39,223 nt of DNA from an uncultured Gemmatimonadales bacterium (lineage in GTDB: Bacteria; Gemmatimonadota; Gemmatimonadetes; Gemmatimonadales; GWC2-71-9). A program made the position numbers and the translations under genes. The notes under the pieces are model-generated. The model had not been told where the DNA came from and did not search any database. It saw nothing but the letters and a program-made list of their open reading frames with translations. Of this stretch, positions 1 through 11,247 are shown piece after piece (within the stretch, counting starts at the first letter, position 1; each line of letters starts with the position of its first letter). The stretch is taken from assembly GCA_963821525.1 (NCBI GenBank), contig CAWGED010000002.1, forward strand, positions 1 through 39,223, written 5' to 3'.

Positions 1-78
1 AACACGCCTGACTTTGGATCAGGAGAGTCCTGGCTCGAGCCCAGGCTTGTCCTGAGCCGAAGGCGAAGGGAGCGGCAA
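1..78 (+). tRNA. tRNA-Gln(TTG), 5' end outside window, apparently interrupted by a 25-bp insert (possible pseudo-tRNA)
   Basis: Anticodon arm CCTGA-CT-TTG-GA-TCAGG (7-23), variable loop AGAGT, T arm CCTGG-CTCGAGC-CCAGG (29-45; the loop starts with C rather than T). The acceptor-like 3' strand AGCGGCA-A lies at 71-78, after an extra 46-70. Confidence 0.75.
46..70 (+). repeat. REP-like unit CTTGTCCTGAGCCGAAGGCGAAGGG
   Basis: Shares the CCTGAGC...CGAAGGG skeleton with the REP arm (CCTGAGCGAGCGCAGCGAGCGAAGGG, minus strand) of the repeats near 25130, 25475 and 28218. Confidence 0.6.
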
Positions 79-113
79 CTAGCGAGGCCGAAGCAGCTTG
101 GGGCTCCGGTTGG

Positions 114-2040
114 TTACGCCGCAGCCGATACCGCTCCTGCAGCACACAGGCGCTGAGAGAATCACCATCAGGATCTGATCGTAAGCCACCCCGCGATCCC
201 TCATCCATCCCCGGCAACGGTCCAATAAACTGATCACCGCGTGGCGGTCGAAGAAGGGAAGGGTCCCGAGTGTTGGGACCGCGCAGCGTGTCCTGGAGGT
301 AGCGGGTGCAGCCGCTCGCCGGGATAGAGGGTGCCGGCGGGCTCAGGAAGGATGCTTCTGCCGCTGATACACCGTGTCGGTGAAGCACCGGTTTCGCGTG
401 GCCTCCCGCAGCAGATACTTCTCGGTCATGCCTCGGATTTTCAGCGAGACCGGGAGCGACAGATCACTTCGACAACGTGGTGGTCGAGGAAGGGCACTCG
501 GCCCTCGATGGAATGCGCCATCTCCATCCGGTCGCCCAGCACGGCAGGATGTAACCCGGCAACACGGTCTTGGACCAGAGGTAGAGCGATTGATTCAGCG
601 CATCGCGCCCCGCGAGCTGCCGCGGCACATCGATGCGTCGAGAAGAGGGTGACGGTTCCTGCGCTGCGAACTTCGATGAAATCGCCGGCGAGAGCAACTC
701 GTGCATCTTGGCGGCCCTGCGCCGAGAAGACCTCGAACCAGGAGGGACAAAGCCGAGCAACGGCGGACGCTGTCCATCGGCGACCAGCCGCCGTCCGGCA
801 GCAGGAGCCCGCGCGAGACCGGATTGGCGGCCTCCAGCTCCTCCAGCAGAGCCGGGAAAGCCGGCGGGATCCTGGCCCTCGGTATTGTGGAGCAGCATGT
901 CGCGGCGGAAGTGGGCATAGCCACCGAGAATTTCGTCGGAGCCTTCGCCGGTGAGCACGACCTTGTAGCCGGCATCGCGCACTGCCCGGCTCAGCAGGTA
1001 TTCGCCACGCCATGGGCGTTGAGCAGAAGGTTTCGGTCTGCCAGATGGCATCCGCGAAATGGTCGGCCAGGTCGTCCTGGCGGATGGGAATGGGATAGAA
1101 CTCCGCGCCCGCACTGCGCCGCCATCTCCTTGGCGATCGCGCCCTCGTCGTAATCCGCCCGATCGAAGGTCAGGGTGAAGGCATGGATCGGCTCGGGGTG
1201 ATGCCGGGACGCGAGGCCCAGCACCGCGCAGGAGTCGAGCCCGCCGCTCAGGTAACAGCCCACCGGCACGTCGGCCCGCAGCCGGAGCCGCACCGCCTCG
1301 TCCAACGCCGCGCGGAACTGCTCGACGTATTCGCGTCGCTGAGCGCGCGCCGGGCAGCGTCCGCGGCGGGATAGTTGAAATCCCAGTAGCGGCGCAGATG
1401 CACGTGCCCCTCGCGTGGCGAGGAGGTAATGGCCGGGCGGCACCTGGCGGATTCCTTCGAACAGCGTCCGGTCGGGCTGCCGCTCAGGTCAATCCCGCGT
1501 GATAGAAGGATTCGGGATCCCAACGCGCAGGTACCCCGGCGGCAAACAGTGCTTTCACTTCCGAGGCGAGATAGAGCGTGCCTCGTGCTCGCGTAGAACA
1601 GCGGCTTGATGCCGAACCGGTCGCGGGCGGCGAAAAGCGTCCGGATGCGCTCGATCCCACAGCACGAGGGCGAACTCGCCCGCGGAGCTCGTGGAGGCAA
1701 TTGGGTCCCCAGGTCCTCGTAGAGATGCAGCGCGATCTCGCTGTCGCTCCGGGTGCGGAACCGGTGCCCTTGCGCTCGAGCCGCGCTGGATGGCTTCGAA
1801 CCCGTAGAACTCTCCGTTGACGATCAGGTGGATGCGGTCGTCCTCGCTGGCGATCGGCTGCTGCCCGGCCACGAGATCAATGATGCTAGCCGCGCATGAC
1901 CCAGGCCCACGTTGCCTTCCGGTGAGATCCAGCGGCGCTGCCCGTCCGGACCGCGGTGATGGAGGGCCCGGGTGGCCCGTTCGAGCGCGGGGGCGAGAGA
2001 AGCGTCCCCGGCGGGACAACATGGCGACGATGCCGCACAT
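114..2040 (-). CDS. asnB: asparagine synthase (glutamine-hydrolysing) family amidotransferase, multiple frameshifts
   Basis: N-terminal MCGI (Ntn Cys), HHRGPDG, VNGEFY, ARDRFGIKPLFY, GCYLSGGLDS, VLTGEGSDE and GDRMEMAHSIEGRVPFLD, spread over several frames. The C-terminus ...SACVLQERYRL ends near TAA at 114-116. Confidence 0.85.
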
Positions 2041-2068
2041 GAGTGGGCTCCGGTCTGAGGCGAGCGGG

Positions 2069-2941
2069 TTAACTCCTCTTCCACATCACCGACACATTCC
2101 CCGCAAGGCAAAGCAGCACGCCCAGCACCAGGAGAGTGTTCCAGTGCAGCCCCTCGAATAACCCCGAGATGAGGAGTGCCACCACCGGAACCGCCACCGT
2201 CACGTATCCCGCGCGATCCGCACCGATCCGGCCCAGCAAAGTGAGAAAAGCGCTGAACGCCACGACGGAGCCGAGCAGGGTGAGATAGGCCAGAGACAGC
2301 AGGTAGCGCTCCGACCAGTCGACCCGGAAGGGTTGCCCGGTAAGCACAACGTAGAGAGCCACGAACATAGCACCATACGAACATGCCGAAGGTGTTCATC
2401 TGGACAACCGGAAGACCTCGGCGGTGATTCCGCGATGCGACGAGGTTTCCCATCGAGGCGGTTACCGCACCGGCCATGCGTATATCAGGCCGAGCGTCGC
2501 GTCGCCCTTCGCAGTGCCATCCCGCAGCTCGGGAAGAAACACCAGCACCACTCCGCTCACCCCGAGCACCGCGCCCACGACGGTGGACGACCTGAACGGT
2601 GTGCCGAAGAAGACCCGGGTTCCGGCAATGTTGAGGAACACCACCAGCGAGAACACCACTGCCACCAGGGCCGAGGTGATCTGTACTTCGGCGAGGTATA
2701 CGCAGACGTAATTCACCCCGAAGAGCAGGACGCCCTGGAGCGCCATCCAGAGATGCTCGTTGGTCGAGAAGGCCAGCCTCAGCCCTCGAGCCCGGCACCA
2801 GGCGAAGAGGACCAGGCTCGCCAGGGCGAACCGGTAACACACCGAGATCGCCGGCGGCACCGGGCCGAACTGGAAGGTGATGACCCACCAGGTTGACCCC
2901 CAGATGAGGACTGAGGTCAGGTAGAGACCAAGGGAGTTCAT
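2069..2941 (-). CDS. EamA/DMT family transporter, frameshifted
   Basis: Hydrophobic ORFs 2462-2941 (LIWGSTW...YRFALA) and 2069-2368 (LAYLTLLGSVVAF...IGADRAGY) join into a two-EamA-repeat protein. Confidence 0.85.
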
Positions 2942-2958
2942 TACGGAGTGGTGATGGG

Positions 2959-3656
2959 CTAGAACAAAGTCACGCCGAATCGGGCTTTGATCGCGCGCCG
3001 ACCGGCGTTGGTGAGATGGAGGACTCGAGGTGTGGGCGTCCGTTCGATCCAGCTCAACTCCAACAACCTTGATGCGAGAGCCACGCCCAGTGGTCCCGCC
3101 AGATGGTAGCGACGCTCACTCCAGTCGAGGCAGGCGCGGCCGAGACGGCGCCCGGCCGACCTAACGAGTCGACGTCGATTCCCAGGTCGGCGAAGACCGC
3201 CCGGCCACTGTCGGAGAGAACGAAGGCCCGATCTTCCTGCACCAGCGTCCCTTCGGCGATCAGCGCGTCGGTGATCTGCACTCCAAGCGTTCCTGCCAGA
3301 TGGTCGTAACAGAGTCGGGCTCTCTGAATCGGAGCCGCGTGCTGTCGGTGCCCGACGCGGTCCGCCGGTCGGGGAGGCGCGAGTGCCGCGAGGGTCTCCA
3401 ACGCCTCCGCCAGCCTGGAGTTTGCCAGCCGGTAATAGCGGAATCTCCCACGCCGCTCCACGGCCAGAAGCCCGCCCGCGACGAGCTTCGCCAGGTGTTC
3501 GCTGGCCGTGGCCGGGGTCACCCGGGCCAGATGGGCGAGCTCACCGGCGGGGCGGATGCGGCCGTCGAGAAGCGAGAGGAGCATGGTAGCGCGCGTGGCA
3601 TCCGCCATCAGCGAGGCGACCATGGCAATATCGCCATCGGCGGCTGCCTCGCCCAC
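2959..3656 (-). CDS. ArsR/SmtB family transcriptional regulator (long CYDHLAG/CLDWSERR type), frameshifted
   Basis: HTH region AGELAHLARVTPATASEHLAKLVAGGLL...GRFRYYRL and RARLCYDHLAG. A shifted frame gives RACLDWSERRYHLAGPLG...FGVTLF, stopping at 2959-2961. Confidence 0.85.
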
Positions 3657-3698
3657 GCCGTGGATCCAACGAAAGACCGCGGACTGCTGTCATACCCT

Positions 3699-3732
3699 AA
3701 GCTAGCACGCCACACTTCGGCAGGCACCGAAG
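3699..3732 (-). promoter_or_regulatory. putative arsR promoter (extended -10 TGcTAGCTT) with operator palindrome CTTCGG-N6-CCGAAG
   Basis: Inverted repeat at 3715-3732, next to TGnTAGCTT at 3707-3699 on the minus strand, upstream of the ArsR gene. Confidence 0.45.
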
Positions 3733-3792
3733 CTTTCGGGCGTCTCCCTTGTCGTCAGCCGCCTACCTACGCGGCCGCGAACAGCGGCGATC

Positions 3793-3813
3793 ATGTCAGG
3801 GAATTTCTGACAT
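3793..3813. promoter_or_regulatory. palindrome ATGTCAG-N7-CTGACAT, putative transcription-factor site
   Basis: Perfect 7-bp inverted repeat in the divergent intergenic region, about 20 bp upstream of the ECF-like -35. Confidence 0.35.
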
Positions 3814-3831
3814 CACGACGCGCCGCCGGAC

Positions 3832-3860
3832 GAAACCCTCTGCGGCAACCCCCCGTCTAA
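3832..3860 (+). promoter_or_regulatory. putative ECF sigma promoter GAAAC-N17-CGTCTAA
   Basis: Typical ECF -35 AAAC and -10 CGTC elements about 55 bp upstream of the DUF4142 gene, which has an AAGGA RBS. Confidence 0.4.
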
Positions 3861-3914
3861 TGTTGCACGACGGTTTCAAAACTCGATAGCGTCACAACGT
3901 GAAAGGATCAGAGT

Positions 3915-4479
3915 ATGGTGGTCAAATTTCTGGCTCCGGCGGTCTTTACCGCTCTGTTACTGAACGCGACGGTTAGTCCCGCCCAGACGGCCGCGAAAGA
4001 GACGACGCTGAGCGCGGACAGCAGTTTCATCGCGACGACCGGCAGCCTCGGTCTCTTGCAGGTGCAGCTCGGGAAGCTGGCGCAGGAGAAGGGGTCAAGC
4101 TCCTGCAGTGAAGGACTTCGGCAAGCGGATGGTGGACGAGTATTCGAAGCTGAACGAGGAACTCGCGGCCGGAGCGAAACAGGCGGCCTACCCTGCGCCC
4201 GTCCTGCTGCGACAGCACCAGAAGATACTCGACTGGTTTCTGAGCACGGGTCGCTCCTCCTTCGACAAGAAGTACATGGCGGAGATGGTGAGTGAGCATC
4301 AAGAAGCGGCGCGGCTGTTCCAGCAGGAATCCGAGGGTGGAAAGGTGACATCGCTCAAGGAACTAGCCTCGAAGCTGCTGCCTACGGTGCAACAGCATGC
4401 GGACCTGGCCAAGGAGACAGCCGGCTCAGTCGGCGTGGAAGTCACGACAACGACCGCGGAGGCGCGGCAGGGTTCCTAG
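3915..4479 (+). CDS. DUF4142 domain secreted protein, frameshifted
   Basis: Signal peptide plus DSSFI...QVQLGKLAQEKGSS (3915 frame), continuing VKDFGKRMVDE...FDKKYMAEMVSEHQ...LLPTVQQH (4108-4479). Confidence 0.8.
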
Positions 4480-4480
4480 A

Positions 4481-4520
4481 CCTCACCCCCTGTCCCCCTC
4501 TCCCTCGCGGGAGAAGGGGA
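4481..4520 (+). repeat. CCTCACCCC-hairpin REP-like repeat, copy 1
   Basis: CCTCACCCCCTGTCCCCCTCTCCC-TCGC-GGGAGAAGGGGA, 1 nt after the DUF4142 stop. Related copies at 27945, 28319, 29003, 29583 and 33441. Confidence 0.75.
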
Positions 4521-4535
4521 ATGCTGTTCCTGTCG

Positions 4536-4577
4536 AAAGCCCGGCAACGACTTAGGTCGTGCCGGGCTTTGGCTTTC
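4536..4577 (+). terminator. intrinsic terminator-like hairpin
   Basis: AAAGCCCGGC-A-ACGAC-TTAG-GTCGT-GCCGGGCTTT followed by GGCTTTC, downstream of DUF4142. Confidence 0.55.
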
Positions 4578-4673
4578 TGGGTGTCCACCGGGTTCCCTGT
4601 ACCCGGCTCCTGCCTTAGCTTCTGGTGCCCTTCCAATCAGCCTTGGATATCACCTAGCCAGCCTCGGAGCCGA

Positions 4674-7335
4674 ATGCTCGACGCCGATCCTCGTCTCGTC
4701 GCCGCCCTCGCCGATCACTACCGGATCGAACGCAAGCTCGGCGCCGGTGGCATGGCCACGGTCTACCTCGCGCGGGATCTCCGCCACGATCGGAACGTCG
4801 CGCTCAAGGTCCTGCGACCCGAGCTCGCCGCGGTGATCGGCGGCGAGCGATTCCTCGCCGAGATCAAGACGACGGCGGCGCTGCAGCATCCTCATATCCT
4901 GCCGCTCTTCGACTCGGGCCAGGCTGATGGTTTCCTCTATTACGTCATGCCTCTCACCGAGGGCGAGAGTCTTCGCGACCGGCTCAACCGGGAGCGCCAG
5001 CTGCCGGTGGAAGACGTCATCCGACTGGGCAAGGAGATCGGGTCGGCGCTGGACTACGCGCACCGCCATGGCGTGATCCATCGCGACATCAAGCCTGAAA
5101 ACATCATGCTGCACGATGGGGCCGCGCTGGTCGCCGATTTCGGCATCGCGCTCGCCGTGAGCACCGCGGGCGGCAACCGGATGACCGAGACTGGCCTCTC
5201 GCTCGGCACGCCGGGCTATATGAGTCCCGAACAGGCGACCGGCGAGCGCGTGCTCGATGCCCGAGCCGACGTCTACAGCCTCGGTTGCCTGCTTTACGAG
5301 ATGCTGGTCGGCGAGCCGCCCCATACCGGTCCCACGATTCAGGCGGTGATCGCCGCGGTGGTCACCAAGGACCCGGAGCTGGTCAGTGATCGGAGGCCCT
5401 CGGTGCCTCCCAACGTCGAAGCAGCGGTGCACAAGGCCCTCGCCAAGCTGCCGGCCGATCGCTTCGCCACAGCCGAGGCGTTTGTGCGGGCGCTGAGCGA
5501 GCCGGGCGTGAGCCAGGTGATGACAGCCGCCAGGCGGAGCGCCGCTCCGGCCAAGGCGCGGGACAAGCGGCGCACCCTTCTTCTCGGCGGAGCACTTCTC
5601 GGGCTTGCCGCGGTCGCGATCCTGGGATGGATGCGGCCTCAGTCGTCGCATCAGTTCACGAATCGTTACCCGATCTTCCTGCGGGACAACGAGGGCGTTG
5701 CGGTCGCGGCGTTGGGTGGCCACATCGCCGTCTCTCCGGACGGGCGCCGCATCGTGTACACCGGTCGCGGCGAGGGCAGCAGCCGGCTCTGGATAAAGGA
5801 ACCTGACCAGGTCGCTCCGACACCGATCCCCGGTACCGACGGTGCGCTGAGCCCCGCCTTCTCTCCCGACGGGCGCCAGCTGGCCTTCGCGATCGGCGGA
5901 CGGACCGTGCGGATCCTGTCTCTGGAGGGTGGTTCGCCGCTCACGCTCACCGACAGCGCAAACACGACCGCAGTGGACTGGGGAGACGACGGCTACGTCT
6001 ACTTCGAGGTGGATTCGGGGATCAGCCGGATTCGCGCGACGGGGGGACATGTTGAGCCAGGTCTACAGGTTTGGCGAGCGGGTGATCGGCGCCGAATGGC
6101 CGACGCTGCTTCCGGGCGGCAAAGGAGTCCTGTTTCGTATCCGCCACGACGGTCAAACACCGGCGGACTTCGAGATCATGGCGCAACCGATTCCCAAGGG
6201 CGAGGCTCGGGTTCTGCTACGCGGCGTATATGCCCGCTACTCTCCCACCGGTCACCTGATCGTCGTGACCTCCGATGGCAAACTGCTCGCAGTGCCATTC
6301 GATCCGGGCAAGCTGGCGCTCACCGGTCCCCCCGTCTCGCTCTACGAAGGATTACAGGCCAATCCGTTCGCCGCGGGGTTCGCCCTCTCGCCCACCGGCA
6401 CACTGATCTACGAAACCGCGTCCCAGTCCTCGAGCCGAGAGGTGGTCTGGGTCACGCGAGATGGAGTCGTCAGTCCGGTTGACCCGGCGTGGAAACTCGA
6501 TGGCACCCTCGGTTCGATCGCGCTCTCGCCCAATGGGAAGGCGATCGCGGTGGAGCTGCAACGAAACGCGAAGGCGGACATCTGGGTCAAGCAAGTCCCC
6601 GCGGGTCCATTTTCCAGGATCACCTTCGGAGACACCAACTACTTCCGTCCCTCCTGGACCCCCGACGGATCCCAGGTGCTTTTCCTCGGCGATCGGGGCG
6701 ACGGCGCCGGCATCCCGACGGTGAGAAGAGCGGACGGCGTCGGTCCGGCCACCCATCTGCTTCCCAAGGCGATCGGGTTCGGACATGTCTTCGAGTCGAA
6801 CGATGGGCGGTGGCTTATCATGCGCCGGGTCTTCAACGACCCGGGCAATGGCGACATCATGGCTACGAAGGTCGGCGATACGTCGGTCGCCACTCTGGTG
6901 GGTACTCCCGCGCGGGAGACGGCGCCCGCGCTCTCACCCGATGGCAGGTGGCTGGCATACACGTCAGACGAGTCGGGGGCGTTTGAGATCTATGTTCGCC
7001 CATTCCCCGAGGCCTCGACGGCACGCTGGCAGGTGTCGACCGCGGGCGGCTCTTATCCCCTCTGGTCTCGCAGCGGGAGGGAGCTGTTCTATCGCAACAA
7101 CAAGAACGAGTTGGTAGCGGCGACGGTGAGTACATCACCAACCTTCTCCGTTGGAGCCCAGAAGTCGCTCTTCTCGCTGAGTTCCTTCACGCCGGCGGGG
7201 CCAGTCCCCTTGTACTCCATAGCGCCGGACGACAAGCGATTCCTGATGCTGCGCGAGACGGCGGCGGGAGAGTCGGGACTCCTGGTGGTGAGCCAGAACT
7301 GGTTTGAGGAGTTGCGGGGGAGGATGAGGAAGTAG
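4674..7335 (+). CDS. Ser/Thr protein kinase with TM segment and TolB/PD40-type beta-propeller, frameshift near 6050
   Basis: LGAGGMATVY, VALK, HRDIKPEN, DFG and GTPGYMSPEQ, then a TM helix and SPDGR/TPDG repeats continuing in ORF 5929-7335. Confidence 0.9.
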
Positions 7336-7348
7336 GGAGGCGGCCAGC

Positions 7349-8181
7349 TCAGTAGTACGTGAATGCTGAATGGGTCTGAAAGTGTTTTCCCACGTCTGGC
7401 CCGGTCAGGTACACGAAGTCTCCCGTCGTGGTGAGAGGACGGTCCTGGCCGTCGTAGCGGTAGACATTGTCGACCCGGTAGTTGATGCCGTCTCCCGTGT
7501 GGGTGACCCGCGCCGGGTTCCCTTTCTGCAGTTGCACTCCCGGTAACAGCACGAGGTGATCGAAGAACTCGTCATGGAGCAGGCCGAAGCCGTCGACGTT
7601 GATCTTGACGTCGTACTGTTCGAACCGGTCGAAGGTGGTCGCTTCGGGCTGCATCCCCCCGATCGCCGGGTGATGCTCGGTGAGCTCCTCCAGGTTGCCG
7701 TCGGGGTAGTAGGAGAACGCCATCGTCTTGTCCACCACGAAGGTGCCGGAAAGGAGCCGCTGTCGCTCGAGGCCGGCGAGCTTCTCTCCTGCATAGGTTA
7801 GCGCCAGCCTGGTGAAGACCGAATCATTCGGACGGACATAGTTGATCCGAGTGACCCGCCCCGCGCCGTCGTAGGTGTACTCCAGCCGGTCCTGGTTGCC
7901 GAGGGTATTGTTCCGGAGCTCACTGATCCGGTCGCCCTGGTAGATCACCTGGTACATGGTGAATCCCGAGGCGAATGAGGCCGCGGTCACCCGCCCGGTC
8001 GCGTCGTACTCGAAGTGGTAGTAGGGGGAGGGGAGGTTGGGGATGACGACATCCCGGAGCAGGACTGCAGGCGGAACTTGACCGCCCCCGCCGCTATCCC
8101 CCGGACTGGTCGAGATTCCCCGCAACCGAGGAACAGGGCCACCAGCACTGCTCCCGGCATCAGACGTTTCATACTGCGCAT
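7349..8181 (-). CDS. hypothetical lipoprotein with YD-like (YDxxGR) beta repeats, frameshift near N-terminus
   Basis: MRSMKRLMPGAVLVALFLGC (lipobox-like) joins ORF 7349-8215 at about 8110. Motifs FEYDATGRV, YTYDGAGRV and YRYDGQDRP; ends FTYY. Confidence 0.6.
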
Positions 8182-8275
8182 CGCGAATCCCCTGAACGAG
8201 ACGGTGGGCCTCCATCCCTAGATGCGCATTTTTCGTTCAGAAAGGGTCATTCGTGCCCCCGACGGCGGCGCCCGC

Positions 8276-9283
<1,008 letters not shown>

Positions 9284-9299
9284 TGGAAGTGTCAGGTCA

Positions 9300-9385
9300 G
9301 GGAAAAGGGGGAACGGGAGAACGGGAGAACGGGAGAACGGGAGAAAGGGGGAACGGGGGAACGGGGGAACGGGGGAACGGGAACT
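9300..9385 (+). repeat. tandem 8-mer array (GGGAGAAC/GGGGGAAC)n
   Basis: About 10 units read directly from the sequence, between the divergent AKR and M14 genes. Confidence 0.85.
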
Positions 9386-9461
9386 GGAGAAAAGTGGCGT
9401 GGCCACGGGCTCCCGCAAGGACTACTGTTCCCTGTTAGCCGTTGCCTGTAATCTAGTCTTT

Positions 9462-9497
9462 GTTCCCCGTTCCCCCGTTCCCCCGTTCCCACCGTTC
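9462..9497 (-). repeat. inverted copy of the array, (GTTCCCCC)n on + strand
   Basis: GTTCCCC-GTTCCCCC-GTTCCCCC-GTTCCCACC-GTTC, complementary to 9340-9385. Confidence 0.8.
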
Positions 9498-9519
9498 ACC
9501 ACTCACCGCCCTTCCCAGC

Positions 9520-10900
9520 ATGCCCATCCTCCACGTCGCCATCACCGGACGCAACCGCAGCCACCTGACCGCCCTGGGCCCCAAGCTCCGGATCGTCGTC
9601 GTCGGCTATAAGGAAACCAAGAGCGGCATCACCGTTGATGCGTATGTCCGCTCCGAAAAGGTCGAGTGGCTGAGGAAGCAGGGCTACGGCGTTACTCCGC
9701 TCGAGAATGTGGAGCCGCATGATCGAGAGCGGGTGGCGGAGGAGCAGGCCGCGGCGAAGCGGCGACTCAAGAAAGGGCGCTACGGCGACGTCATCTGGAG
9801 CGGCGGCTATCTCACGGCGGATGAAGTCGAGAGAGCGCTCGAGATCGGCGAGCAGAATCACGCCGGGTACTTCGAGCGAATCCCATTGCCGAATCTGACC
9901 TGGGAGAAGCGACAGGTTCATGCGGTCCGGATCGGGAAGGGCGATGGGAAGAAACGGCCGGCGGTCTGTTTCCTCGGCGCGGTGCACGGGCGGGAGTGGG
10001 GCGGGCCCGATATCCTGGTCTATTTCGCGGTGCGGCTCCTCCGGGCTTACCGGGACAAGCAAGGGCTTTCGCCTGGGCAAGCACGTCGTCTCTCCAGCGC
10101 GAGTCCGCCGGTTGGTGGAGACGATGGACATCGTGCTCCTGCCTCAGGTCAATCCCGACGGTCGCCGATTCAGCATGGACGGGCACCCATTCTGGCGAAA
10201 GAACCGGCGGCCTGCGCCCAGGGGAAAGGACTACCGGTCCATCGGGGTCGATCTCAACCGGAATTTCCCGATCCTCTGGCGCTTTGACCAGCACTTCGCC
10301 CCGGGCACCGTCGAAAGCTCCCACAAACCGGGCGATTACGAGACCTACGTCGGTCCCCATGCCGCCTCGGAGCCCGAGACCCGCAACGTGATGTGGCTGC
10401 TGGATCGATTCCCCAACATTCGCTACTACGTGGACCTGCACAGCTACGGCGAGACGATCCTGCACAGCTGGGGGAGCGACGATAACCAGTACCGGGATCG
10501 GGACATGTGTTTCCAGAACAAGGCTTACGACGGCAAGCGAGGCAAGATCAACGACGAGGGGTATCGGGAATTCATACCGGCCAGAGACGAGGAAGAGGCC
10601 ATCCGCATGGGCCGACACATGGCGGCGGCCATCAAGCTGGTCCGGGGAAGGAAGTACCAGGTGAAGCAGTCGGTGGGCCTCTACCCGACGGCCGGTGCCT
10701 CAGACGATTACGCCTACAGCCGCCACTTCATGGATTCCAGGAAGGGGAAGCTCATCGCCTACACGATCGAGTGGGGCCGGAGCCACGCCTCGACCCCGTT
10801 CCATCCTCCCTATCCCGAGATGCGGAAGGTCATGAAAGAGGTGAGTGCGGGGCTGCTCGCGGTCTGCCTGCGGGCGCTGGCGAGGCAGGAGCGGCGGTAG
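9520..10900 (+). CDS. M14 family zinc carboxypeptidase, frameshift near 10070
   Basis: Zinc ligand motif HGREW, VNPDG, WRKNRR, GVDLNRNF, SEPET, DLHSYG, GASDDY and catalytic YTIE. Confidence 0.88.
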
Positions 10901-10914
10901 GGCGGCAGGTAGAA

Positions 10915-10945
10915 CAGGTGTCAGGTGTCAGCTGGGTCAGGGGGA
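10915..10945 (+). repeat. short heptamer array (CAGGTGT)n
   Basis: CAGGTGTCAGGTGTCAGCTGGGTCAGGGG, with an inverted counterpart at 11218-11246. Confidence 0.6.
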
Positions 10946-10975
10946 TCAAGGGACAGATCTGTCTGCTGGCGTCCA

Positions 10976-11018
10976 CCAAAGAAGAACGCCCGGTGTCAGA
11001 CTGAACCGGGCGCTTCTC
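10976..11018 (-). terminator. intrinsic terminator (possibly bidirectional)
   Basis: On the minus strand AGAAGCGCCCGG-12 nt-CCGGGCGTTCTT followed by CTTT, just downstream of the Lys-rich mini-ORF. Confidence 0.6.
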
Positions 11019-11026
11019 TCTACAGC

Positions 11027-11069
11027 TTATTTCTTTTTCTTTTTCTTTTTCTTCGTGGTCGTTGGCCAT
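11027..11069 (-). CDS. candidate small basic peptide MATTTKKKKKKKK (needs one 1-nt indel correction)
   Basis: AGGAGG-N5-ATG GCC a ACG ACC ACG (AAG AAA)x4 TAA, then a terminator. Uncorrected, it reads MANDHEEKEKEKEI... through the terminator. Confidence 0.4.
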
Positions 11070-11217
11070 GGAAGCCTCCTGACCAGCGGAAGACGGTACC
11101 GCTTCGCAGCGAAGCGGCGATGAGCGATTTCGAAAGTACCACTTCCGGGAAGGTGCCCAATAGCCTAATGGTCGAGAAAGCGGGAGACGGCGGACGCGGT
11201 TGAGATGCAACAGAATA

Positions 11218-11246
11218 CCCTGACACCTGACACCTTGTCCCTGACA
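11218..11246 (-). repeat. heptamer array (CTGACAC)n on +, inverted relative to 10915
   Basis: CCCTGACACCTGACACCTTGTCCCTGACA directly after the Usp stop codon. Confidence 0.6.
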
Positions 11247-11247
11247 G

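Noticed and set aside
114..2040. Lasso peptide cyclase or RiPP cluster
   Set aside because: The gene keeps the N-terminal Cys glutaminase domain, and no B1/B2 protein or lasso precursor is nearby.
1..3900. Integrative element at the tRNA gene
   Set aside because: No integrase was found and no duplicated tRNA 3' end (att site) was seen in the window.
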